DNA of 64,000 nt, from positions 9,869-73,868 of the forward strand of contig JADFYE010000010.1 of NCBI GenBank assembly GCA_015233195.1, read 5' to 3'. Position 1 is the stretch's first letter; every line of letters starts with the position of its first letter. Source of the stretch: Candidatus Omnitrophota bacterium (GTDB taxonomy: Bacteria > Omnitrophota > Gorgyraeia > Zapsychrales > Zapsychraceae). Positions 56,334 through 64,000 of the stretch are shown here, one piece after another. A model generated the notes under the pieces. The model did no database searches. It saw only the letters and a program-made list of their open reading frames with translations, and was not told the origin of the DNA. The translations under genes and the position numbers were made by a program.

Positions 56334-57251
56334 TTAACCTTTCATTAAAAATACCAGGATCGCTTTTTGAGTGTGCAAACGGTTTTCAGCCTGATCAAAC
56401 ACAATTGAATGTCCGCCGTCAATAATTTCTCCAGTAACTTCCTGTCCTCTATGCGCAGGCAAACAATGCATGAAAACATATCCAGGCTTTGCATGTTTAA
56501 CTAATTCTTTATTTATCTGAAAATTCGCAAAATCCCGAATCCTTTGCTGAGTCTCAACTTCCTGCCCCATACTTACCCAAACATCTGAATAGATCACATC
56601 AACATCTTTAACACCCTCGATCGGTGAATGCGTAATAACTATATCCGAACCATTTTGTTTGGCAAAAGCTTTAGCCTGCATGATCACATTCACATTCGGC
56701 TCATATCCTGCTGGAGTTGCAATTTTAATATCAACTCCAATCTTTGCGCAGCACATTAAAAGCGAATGACAAACATTATTACCGTCGCCGATGTAACTGA
56801 CAGTCACATCTTTCAGTTTTGGAAATTTTTCCATTACTGAAAACACATCAGTCAACGCCTGACAAGGATGATACATATCGCACAAACCATTAATTACTGG
56901 AACAGACGCGTTTTGCGCCAAAGCCATAACATCCCGATTAGAATTAACCCGGGCAACTATCGCATCAAGATACCGGGATAATGTCCGAGCCACATCTTCC
57001 GTAGTTTCCCGCACGCCTAAATTTATCTCAGACGGACTCAAATAAACACAATGTCCGCCAAGCTGTGTGATCCCGACTTCAAAAGAAACCCGGGTCCGGT
57101 TCGAAGGTTTTTGAAAAACCAGTCCAACTGACTTATTTTTCAACGCAGTATTCATTGAGAACCGGTCTTTCTTCAACTTTGAAGTAAGCTCCAATATATG
57201 CAAAATTTCTTCTTTTGTAAGATCTTTTACGTCGATCAAATCACGTTTCAT
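56334..57251 (-). CDS. argF: ornithine carbamoyltransferase
   Basis: 'FQKPSNRTRVSFE', 'HPCQ' and 'HCLPA.RG.E'. Confidence 0.93.
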   Translation of the reverse strand: MKRDLIDVKDLTKEEILHILELTSKLKKDRFSMNTALKNKSVGLVFQKPSNRTRVSFEVGITQLGGHCVYLSPSEINLGVRETTEDVARTLSRYLDAIVARVNSNRDVMALAQNASVPVINGLCDMYHPCQALTDVFSVMEKFPKLKDVTVSYIGDGNNVCHSLLMCCAKIGVDIKIATPAGYEPNVNVIMQAKAFAKQNGSDIVITHSPIEGVKDVDVIYSDVWVSMGQEVETQQRIRDFANFQINKELVKHAKPGYVFMHCLPAHRGQEVTGEIIDGGHSIVFDQAENRLHTQKAILVFLMKG

Positions 57252-58432
57252 AATTTTACCTCACTTAATGCTTTTTCGATTATATACATTGCTTTTTTAA
57301 TTTGTCTCTCAGTTACATCCAATGCCGGCATGATCCGCAATATTTTTCCCTGGGTACAATTTATTATCAAACCGTTTTCCAAACATGCTTTAACGATCGG
57401 AGCACCTTCAATACTTAACTCAACTCCTAACATTAAGCCTAAACCCCTAACATCTACGATAAAATCAAATTTTGATTTCAGTTTATTTAATTGATCTTTT
57501 AAATACTTGCCCATAGCCTTGGCATTCTTAAGCATTTTCCCAGTATGGATCGCTTTAAACGCGCCTAATGCTGCCTTACATACTAAAGGACTGCCGCCAA
57601 AAGTTGAAGCATGCATACCCGGCTTAAACACGTCCGCATATTTTTCTTTCACTACCAAAACGCCGATGGGTAAACCGCCACCTAAAGCTTTTGCCAAGAT
57701 CATCAAATCCGGTTCAACTCCATAATTTTCATAAGCGAACATGGTTCCAGTCCGCCCCATACCCGTCTGAACTTCATCAAATATCAAAAGCATATTTTTA
57801 TCGTCGCAAATCTTCCGTAATTCCTCAATATACGTTTTATCAGCTATATTGATCCCGCCTTCGCCCTGAACTAATTCCAAATTTATCGCTATGGTTTTAG
57901 GTGTTATTGCTTTCTTTAACTGGTCGAGATCATTAAAATCAACTGATACAAAACCCGGAGTCAAAGGATGAAAATCCTTTTGGTATTTATTCTGCGCTGT
58001 AGCAGCTAATGCGCCCATTGTCCGTCCATGGAACGACTGGTTCATGGTAATAATTTCAAACCGCTCGCCTTTCCCATAAGCCCGCGAAAATTTTATAGCT
58101 GCTTCATTTCCTTCAGCACCGCTATTACAAAAAAATACTTTTCCCGGAAACGAGCACCGAATTATCTCCTGCGCCAGTTTTGCCTGGTTAGGATGATAAA
58201 AATTATTTGGAACAAAAATTAGTTTGCCGATCTGATCGCGCACTGCTGAAACCACTTTAGGATTGCAATGCCCAACGTTATTTACGCCCCAGCCTGGAAA
58301 AAAATCCAAATACTTTTTCCCGTCAACGTCGATCAATTCCGAACCCTTACCCTTAACAAAAACTACCGGCGTCTTGGTATAAGTATTCAAAATATATTTA
58401 TCGTATGATTTAATTATCTCGTCTTTTTTCAC
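57248..58432 (-). CDS. argD: acetylornithine aminotransferase
   Basis: 'NSGAEGNEAAIK', 'DEVQTGMGRTG' and 'LAKALGGG'. Confidence 0.92.
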   Translation of the reverse strand: MKKDEIIKSYDKYILNTYTKTPVVFVKGKGSELIDVDGKKYLDFFPGWGVNNVGHCNPKVVSAVRDQIGKLIFVPNNFYHPNQAKLAQEIIRCSFPGKVFFCNSGAEGNEAAIKFSRAYGKGERFEIITMNQSFHGRTMGALAATAQNKYQKDFHPLTPGFVSVDFNDLDQLKKAITPKTIAINLELVQGEGGINIADKTYIEELRKICDDKNMLLIFDEVQTGMGRTGTMFAYENYGVEPDLMILAKALGGGLPIGVLVVKEKYADVFKPGMHASTFGGSPLVCKAALGAFKAIHTGKMLKNAKAMGKYLKDQLNKLKSKFDFIVDVRGLGLMLGVELSIEGAPIVKACLENGLIINCTQGKILRIMPALDVTERQIKKAMYIIEKALSEVKL

Positions 58433-58451
58433 GATTTTTCCTCTTTTACCT

Positions 58452-59303
58452 CTATTTCAAAATTTGCGTTCCAATACCCTGATTGGTAAAGAACTCCAAA
58501 AGCAACGCGTGTTCAATTTGCGCGTCTACGATGTGGACTTTATTAACTCCTGCCTGCAATGCTTCGATGCAAGAGCTGACCTTTGGGATCATACCTCCGT
58601 TAATTACTCCAGTCTTAATTAAATCCATTACCTCATTCAAAGTCAAAGTCGGAATTAATGAATTCGGATCCTGAACATCTTTCATCACGCCTGCTACATC
58701 AGTCAATAATACCAATTTTTCAGCGTTCATGGATGTAGCAATGGCGCTCGCTACTTCATCCGCATTAACGTTGTATGTTTGTTCTTTTTCGCCCACCCCT
58801 AACGGAGATATAACGGTTATGTGTCCGCGTTTTAAATGCGCTTCCAATAGCTCTCGATTTATATCTGTAACAGTTCCGACAAATCCTAGATCTTTATCGG
58901 ATTCTCTCTTTATTACAGAAACCAAGTTTTCATTACCGATAATTCCCGTAACGTCGCCTTTAAGCTCTTTTATTTCTTTTACAATCCGTTTATTAAGCGT
59001 AGTCAACTCTTCAGTAACAATCTTCAAAGTCGGTTCATCCGTCACCCGGATTCCATTATGAAAAACCGGCTGAACTCCAATCTCTTTTAACCGCGAACTT
59101 ATATGCGGTCCACCGCCGTGAACTAATATAGTCCTGATACCTACATAACTTAAAAACACAATATCTTCTAACACGTTCTTGCGTATTTCCGGATCTTCCA
59201 AAATACTTCCGCCATATTTAATAACAAACACTTTATGCCGGAAAGCATGAATATACGGAATAGCCTCGACCAAAACTCCTGCTTTTTTAATTATATTCTG
59301 CAT
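58452..59303 (-). CDS. argB: acetylglutamate kinase
   Basis: 'VIKYGGS', 'LVHGGGP' and 'NVNAD..A' AAK motifs. Confidence 0.93.
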   Translation of the reverse strand: MQNIIKKAGVLVEAIPYIHAFRHKVFVIKYGGSILEDPEIRKNVLEDIVFLSYVGIRTILVHGGGPHISSRLKEIGVQPVFHNGIRVTDEPTLKIVTEELTTLNKRIVKEIKELKGDVTGIIGNENLVSVIKRESDKDLGFVGTVTDINRELLEAHLKRGHITVISPLGVGEKEQTYNVNADEVASAIATSMNAEKLVLLTDVAGVMKDVQDPNSLIPTLTLNEVMDLIKTGVINGGMIPKVSSCIEALQAGVNKVHIVDAQIEHALLLEFFTNQGIGTQILK

Positions 59304-60429
59304 TGATCCTCACATATTCATTCGACAAATCCGACGTATAGACTGTCGCGTTTTGTTTACCCTGGGTGAAAATTACAGAAATCGATATTTCCTTTTTATT
59401 AAACGGACTAAACTCAATCTTCATATGATTCTCATTCACATACGATATACCAAGCGAACCAACTGCTTGCGCTACCCGTCCCCAGTTAGGATTACAGCCA
59501 AATGCCGCAGTCTTAACCAAATTAGAATTTGCAACTGCCATTGCCATATCATGAGCGTGTTTTTCCGTCTTAGCTCCGATAATATTTACAGTAATGAATT
59601 TTGTTGCGCCTTCACCGTCTAAAACTATTTTTTTTGCCAGATCCAAACACACAAAATTCAAAGCTTCTTGAAATTTTTCAAAATCCTTGCCCTTGGTGCT
59701 AATAACTTTATTGCCCGCTAAACCATTCGCGAATACCGTAACCATATCATTGGTACTCATACATCCATCTACAGTTATCCGGTTAAAAGACAACTCATTA
59801 GCTTTTTGTAAAGCTTCTTTTAAAAGCTTTGGAGTTATCGCAGCGTCAGTAGTAATAAAACCCAGCATAGTCGCCATATTCGGAGCTATCATTCCTGAAC
59901 CTTTAGCACATCCGCCGATAATGACTTTCTTCCCGCCGATAATTATCTCAACAGTTTTTTCTTTTTCAGCCAGATCAGTAGTAAGAATAGCTTGTTCAAA
60001 ATTCTTTGACCCGGTCTTAGACAAACCGGATACCAATTTATCAACTGCTTTCTCAATTTTTTCAAAAGGCAGAGCCTTACCGATTATTCCCGTCGAAGTT
60101 ACTAAAACATCATTTACTGCTATGCCTAATTTATTAGCAAAAATCTCTGTAGTCAGATAAGCCTGCAGCAAACCTAACTCTCCGGTATAACAATTAGCAT
60201 TGCCGCTGTTGACTATCATTGCCTGAGCTTTACCGTTCTTAATATGTTTCTTGGATATCACCAAAGGAGCTGCCACGACCGAGTTTTTTGTGAAGACACC
60301 AGCAGCAACACATGGCTTTTCAGAATAAAACATGCCCAGGTCAAACTTGCCAGATTTTCTTATGCCACAGCAAAGCCCGTTAGCCTTGAACCCTTGAGGT
60401 TTTGTTATCCCACCAGTAATTATTTTCAT
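59287..60429 (-). CDS. argJ: bifunctional ornithine acetyltransferase / N-acetylglutamate synthase
   Basis: 'GFKANG..CGI' and self-cleavage site 'ATMLGFITTDA'. Confidence 0.93.
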   Translation of the reverse strand: MKIITGGITKPQGFKANGLCCGIRKSGKFDLGMFYSEKPCVAAGVFTKNSVVAAPLVISKKHIKNGKAQAMIVNSGNANCYTGELGLLQAYLTTEIFANKLGIAVNDVLVTSTGIIGKALPFEKIEKAVDKLVSGLSKTGSKNFEQAILTTDLAEKEKTVEIIIGGKKVIIGGCAKGSGMIAPNMATMLGFITTDAAITPKLLKEALQKANELSFNRITVDGCMSTNDMVTVFANGLAGNKVISTKGKDFEKFQEALNFVCLDLAKKIVLDGEGATKFITVNIIGAKTEKHAHDMAMAVANSNLVKTAAFGCNPNWGRVAQAVGSLGISYVNENHMKIEFSPFNKKEISISVIFTQGKQNATVYTSDLSNEYVRINAEYN

Positions 60430-60430
60430 T

Positions 60431-61453
60431 TTAAAGTAGTCCCATCGTTTCGTTGAAACCGAACATAATATTCATGTTTTGTATTGCTTGACTAGCCGCG
60501 CCTTTATACAAATTATCAATAACACTAGTTATGACCAGCAATTTCCCATTTGCGCTCATTGCCATTCCTATATCACAAAAATTCGTATTAACTACATTCT
60601 TTACTTCCGGCTGCACACCCAAATCCATTACTCGAACAAATGTTTCTGAATGATAAAAACGTTTATATACTTTATGCACCTCGGCTAAAGAAATTTTTTC
60701 ATTCAAATGCACATATATCGTCTCAAGTATGCCCTGATTGATCGGCAATAAATGCGCGACAAAATTAAAATCAAAATCACCTTCCACCGCGATCTTTTTC
60801 AAATACATTTCAATTTCAGGCGAATGTTGATGTTCTAATACTTTATACGCCTTAAAACTTTCATTAACCTCACAAAAACTAAGATCGCTAGAAGCTTTTT
60901 TACCAGCGCCTGAAGTTCCAGATTTAGCGTCTATGACCACATTATCAATAATTGAAGTGAATATTGATACCATAGGCGCAAGACCCAATAAAGCCGCAGT
61001 CGGATAACATCCCGGATTCGAAATAAATCCGGATTTTTTAATCTTTACCCGAAACAATTCCGGAAGACCATAAACTGCTTTTTTCAAATTTAACGGATCA
61101 GTATGTTCCACGCCGTACCACTGCTTATAAGTGCGCGCATTCTTTAGACGATAATCCCCGCTTAGATCAATAACCTTTAATCCTTTTTTCAAAAGCAAAG
61201 GCGTAACTTCCATAGATACTTTATGCGGCACAGCTAAAAATACCACGTCACATTTTTCTGCTGCCACATTAGCGTCAAATTTAACACATTCTAATTTAGT
61301 TAATCCCCGAAGCTGAGACCATATATCACTTAATTTACCGGTCGTAGTATTCGCACTGACGTAAGTTAGTCTTACTTCAGGATGTTTTAAAAGTAATTTT
61401 AAGGCGATCAGACCAGAATAACCACTAACTCCAACAATTCCGACTTTTATCAT
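60431..61453 (-). CDS. argC: N-acetyl-gamma-glutamyl-phosphate reductase
   Basis: 'VGIVGVSGYSG', 'NPGCYPTA' and 'DNL.KGAA.QA.QN.N'. Confidence 0.94.
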   Translation of the reverse strand: MIKVGIVGVSGYSGLIALKLLLKHPEVRLTYVSANTTTGKLSDIWSQLRGLTKLECVKFDANVAAEKCDVVFLAVPHKVSMEVTPLLLKKGLKVIDLSGDYRLKNARTYKQWYGVEHTDPLNLKKAVYGLPELFRVKIKKSGFISNPGCYPTAALLGLAPMVSIFTSIIDNVVIDAKSGTSGAGKKASSDLSFCEVNESFKAYKVLEHQHSPEIEMYLKKIAVEGDFDFNFVAHLLPINQGILETIYVHLNEKISLAEVHKVYKRFYHSETFVRVMDLGVQPEVKNVVNTNFCDIGMAMSANGKLLVITSVIDNLYKGAASQAIQNMNIMFGFNETMGLL

Positions 61454-61492
61454 ATATGTCCTTTGTTTCCGTCGTGAAACGGATTAGTTATC

Positions 61493-61556
61493 ATAAAATA
61501 AAAAACCTATCCCGTCAACTGAATTAACAGCAGAAAGAGATAGGTTCTTTTTTTCT
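61493..61556 (-). terminator. possible terminator after rpsI (large-loop hairpin)
   Basis: aacctatc/gataggtt stem with a 27-nt loop, flanked by A/T runs on both sides. Confidence 0.35.
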
Positions 61557-61577
61557 AAAACTATGTGCGGCTTAAGC

Positions 61578-61973
61578 TTAACGTTTAACCCACTGGAATT
61601 TCCTACGCGCCCCTTTCTGTCCGGGTTTTTTGCGTTCCTTCATCCTTGGGTCACGCCTAAGCATATCAGCTTTTTTAAGAGTAGATCTAGTTTCTAAATC
61701 AAATAAAGTTAATGCCCGAGACAAACCTAAACGCATAGCGCCTGCTTGTCCGGTTGAACCGCCGCCATTAACATTTACCGTAATGTCAAATTTCTCTGCT
61801 GTATTAGTAAGTTTCAAAGGCTCTGTGATCAAAATACGGTCAGTTTCACGAGTAAAATAATTCGTGAATTCACGTTTGTTGACCCGGATAACCCCTTTTC
61901 CAGGAGTTAACACAACCCGCGCGATTGAACTTTTTCTACGACCTGTAGCTGCATATTTAACGACTTCTACCAT
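61578..61973 (-). CDS. rpsI: 30S ribosomal protein S9
   Basis: 'GRRK.S.ARV', 'GGG..GQA.A...G..RAL' and C-terminal 'RRD.R..ERKK.G..KARR..Q..KR'. Confidence 0.96.
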   Translation of the reverse strand: MVEVVKYAATGRRKSSIARVVLTPGKGVIRVNKREFTNYFTRETDRILITEPLKLTNTAEKFDITVNVNGGGSTGQAGAMRLGLSRALTLFDLETRSTLKKADMLRRDPRMKERKKPGQKGARRKFQWVKR

Positions 61974-61990
61974 ATTCGTTCCTACTCCTG

Positions 61991-62434
61991 TTAGACTTCA
62001 ACTGCTATTGGTTTTTGAGCTGTGTGCGGATGAACATCTCCGGCATACACCTTAAGTTTAGTTTGAACTTTATTGCCTAAAGGTCCTTTTGGGATCATGC
62101 GAGTGATCGCTAATTCCAAAACTTTAGTCGGTCTATTTTGTAACATATCCTTTAAAGCTACGCGTTGTTGACCGCTTGGATAACCAGAATAACGTAAATA
62201 AAATTTATCCGTTAATTTAGCTCCAGTAACCTTTACTTTGCTAGCATTGATAACTATAACCATATCGCCGGTATCAACATGCGGAGTAAAAGTTGCCTTA
62301 TGTTTACCACGTAATAAAACCGCAGCCTTGGTAGCTACCCTGCCCAGAACTTTGTTTTCCGCATCAATCAAATAACATTTGCGCTCAACGGTTTCAGCCT
62401 TAGCCATAAAAGTTTTTTTAGTTGCATTAACCAT
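61991..62434 (-). CDS. rplM: 50S ribosomal protein L13
   Basis: 'VERKCYLIDA...LGR.A...A..LRGKHK..FTPH.D.GD'. The start choice (ATG 62434 after GGTGA versus the track GTG 62446) is uncertain. Confidence 0.93.
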   Translation of the reverse strand: MVNATKKTFMAKAETVERKCYLIDAENKVLGRVATKAAVLLRGKHKATFTPHVDTGDMVIVINASKVKVTGAKLTDKFYLRYSGYPSGQQRVALKDMLQNRPTKVLELAITRMIPKGPLGNKVQTKLKVYAGDVHPHTAQKPIAVEV

Positions 62435-62483
62435 CTTCATCACCACTTATTGTATAGAGTTAACCTAAATTAATGAGACAACA

Positions 62484-62511
62484 AATATAACATTTAGTTG
62501 TAAAAAGTCAA
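62484..62511 (-). promoter_or_regulatory. sigma70-like promoter for rplM-rpsI
   Basis: Minus strand TTGACT (62511-62506), 16 nt, TATATT (62489-62484). Confidence 0.5.
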
Positions 62512-62527
62512 TAGGTTTTTTACAGTG

Positions 62528-64000
62528 TCATTTTACAAACAATTGACCTAAACTATCAAACTCTGTGACACTTATAATAACCGGCTTGATGCCTGACATA
62601 TCTGAATTCATGCCTTTCCCCAACATGGCTTGATCCATTGCGAAATTTATACCAGAACCTTTTTGATCAATCATTATATCGCCCATATCAATACCACCGA
62701 CGTCTTTTGATAAAACCGCTTTATCTAAAGAATTTTCGGCTAATAACTTCGCGTTTTCTTCAGTTATTTTTTTAACCAAATCTCTTTCATATTCAGCAAT
62801 GCTCTCTAAAGCTCCTTGAATGATCAAATCAACATTCTCGTCTTTATTTTCAACAGCCTGAAAAACTGGAAGAAAAATTTCCATAAGTTTATCAATATCC
62901 GCGTAATATTTAAATGTTTTTTGTCTAGCTGCTTTATTTATACTTGCAACAGTATGCACTGGAACTCCCCAATATTTTGAAGCAGCTTCTGCAAATAACC
63001 CTACCCGAACTGAACTGGCTATATCTCCGCTAATTATTACCGGTACCCCATTCTTTACTGCCTGCATAATTATAAAACATAAATTACGCAATAATGGCGG
63101 TTTGGGGTTAGTAAAATATTCAGCATATTGCGGATTATTTCTGGCAAAATCTTTAATAAATTTCGTATATATAGACTGGATCAAATCATTTGTACCCACT
63201 TCTATAATCGTACTATTAGGATAGTGATAGTAAAAATCAGGAATATGATCAATCGCGTCTGTAGTTTCAACATAAAACCCAAATTCTATCCGAGACATAA
63301 CTGTACGCATTTCACCTTCGGTTTTACCCAGCTCCTTAACAATTTGCGCCTTAGCATCGTCAATTAAAACCCGCACTTTTTCAATTGAAACAATTTCATT
63401 CTCCTGCATATTTGGAAAAGTAATGCCAATATGCTTTTCTGCCTTAGCTGATGCTTTGATCAAGTTCTTTATCTGCCGCACCCCAAAATCATAAAAAGGT
63501 CGCTTTCCTTCATATTCATAAAAATAAAATGCCACGCCTGAATAATTTTCCAGTATATCTTTTTTTACTTGTGCCCGTTCATGTTCCGGAACTCCAGCAA
63601 GAAACTGTTCAAAAACGAAAGCTGGTTTATCCTGCTGATTATCTGCAATACGAAAAATTACCGGAACATTATCAGTATTTTTATAATTATGGTTAGCCGC
63701 AGAAATAAATTCATAAAACAATTCAGACATTTCATCATCCGCAAACTCAATCCATCTTCCAGCTTCATAATTAGCAAACAAGCTTTCTAACCTGATTAAA
63801 GCATATCCATCTGCACCTTCAGCTTCAAAATAAAAAATATCACTATGCCGCGCGGCATCCGCATACGTTTTCGATTGCTGTAAATGTCCGTCAAGAGTAG
63901 CAATATAACGATAATAAATTTGAAAAGCTCTTTGTTCATCTTCTTCTTTATATGCCTGAACCCGTTCATGTACAGTCGGATTGATTATCAATTCCGCTTT
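62528..64000 (-). CDS. PEP-utilizing-enzyme (PtsI/PPDK TIM-barrel)-like protein, partial (open to window edge)
   Basis: 'VGTNDLIQSIY' (compare the GTNDL.QY signature), 'FRIADNQQDK', 'ITFPNM' and 'FGFYVETTDA'. C-terminal 'GGIDMG...IKPVIISV' module. The frame stays open upstream of the TTG at 63991. Confidence 0.55.
   Translation of the reverse strand, partial: KAELIINPTVHERVQAYKEEDEQRAFQIYYRYIATLDGHLQQSKTYADAARHSDIFYFEAEGADGYALIRLESLFANYEAGRWIEFADDEMSELFYEFISAANHNYKNTDNVPVIFRIADNQQDKPAFVFEQFLAGVPEHERAQVKKDILENYSGVAFYFYEYEGKRPFYDFGVRQIKNLIKASAKAEKHIGITFPNMQENEIVSIEKVRVLIDDAKAQIVKELGKTEGEMRTVMSRIEFGFYVETTDAIDHIPDFYYHYPNSTIIEVGTNDLIQSIYTKFIKDFARNNPQYAEYFTNPKPPLLRNLCFIIMQAVKNGVPVIISGDIASSVRVGLFAEAASKYWGVPVHTVASINKAARQKTFKYYADIDKLMEIFLPVFQAVENKDENVDLIIQGALESIAEYERDLVKKITEENAKLLAENSLDKAVLSKDVGGIDMGDIMIDQKGSGINFAMDQAMLGKGMNSDMSGIKPVIISVTEFDSLGQLFVK

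Overview
AT-rich, gene-dense bacterial chromosome segment. Almost every gene is on the minus strand, and many neighbours overlap by 4 nt. The content is mostly core metabolism and housekeeping.

Gene content, by coordinate:
- rsmA-pdxA-surA, a short mfd, secDF-yajC and rpsP.
- A his cluster (hisD, B, H, A, F, I) interrupted by large membrane proteins and a DUF559 gene.
- alaS-recX-recA, then rsmE.
- A 10-kb type IV pilus / type II secretion-like cluster directly downstream of ExbB/ExbD-like genes and an 830-aa TPR protein.
- uvrA, a small lysine-rich tandem-repeat protein, nadX-like, panC and a membrane methyltransferase-HPPK fusion.
- A 13-kb arg-lys array: argCJBDFGH, lysA, dapF, dapA, dapB and a DapL-type aminotransferase.
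- rplM-rpsI and a partial PEP-utilizing-enzyme-like ORF.

The secretin, SurA and Tol/Exb-like genes indicate a diderm cell. An uncultivated PVC/Omnitrophota-like lineage is only a guess. I found no tRNA, rRNA, CRISPR array or transposase.

The most unusual content is non-coding. Three intergenic repeat families are absent from the ORF track:
1. A ~170-nt branched hairpin with terminal inverted repeats. It has 3 copies, with compensatory base-pair changes in at least four helices.
2. A ~38-nt CCCTCTCC/GGAGAGGG hairpin with 7 copies. It sits against start codons and supplies SD-like sequence. Inverted copies flank the DUF559 gene, and a gene-less inverted pair lies between recA and recX.
3. A GGGCACGA/TCGTGCCC hairpin with 3 copies.

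Other notable items:
- Five GT-C/TMTC-like membrane glycosyltransferase paralogs, one embedded in the his operon.
- Tandem MshEN c-di-GMP motifs on the pilus ATPase.
- The ICMT-like/FolK fusion.
- The histone-H1-tailed repeat protein.
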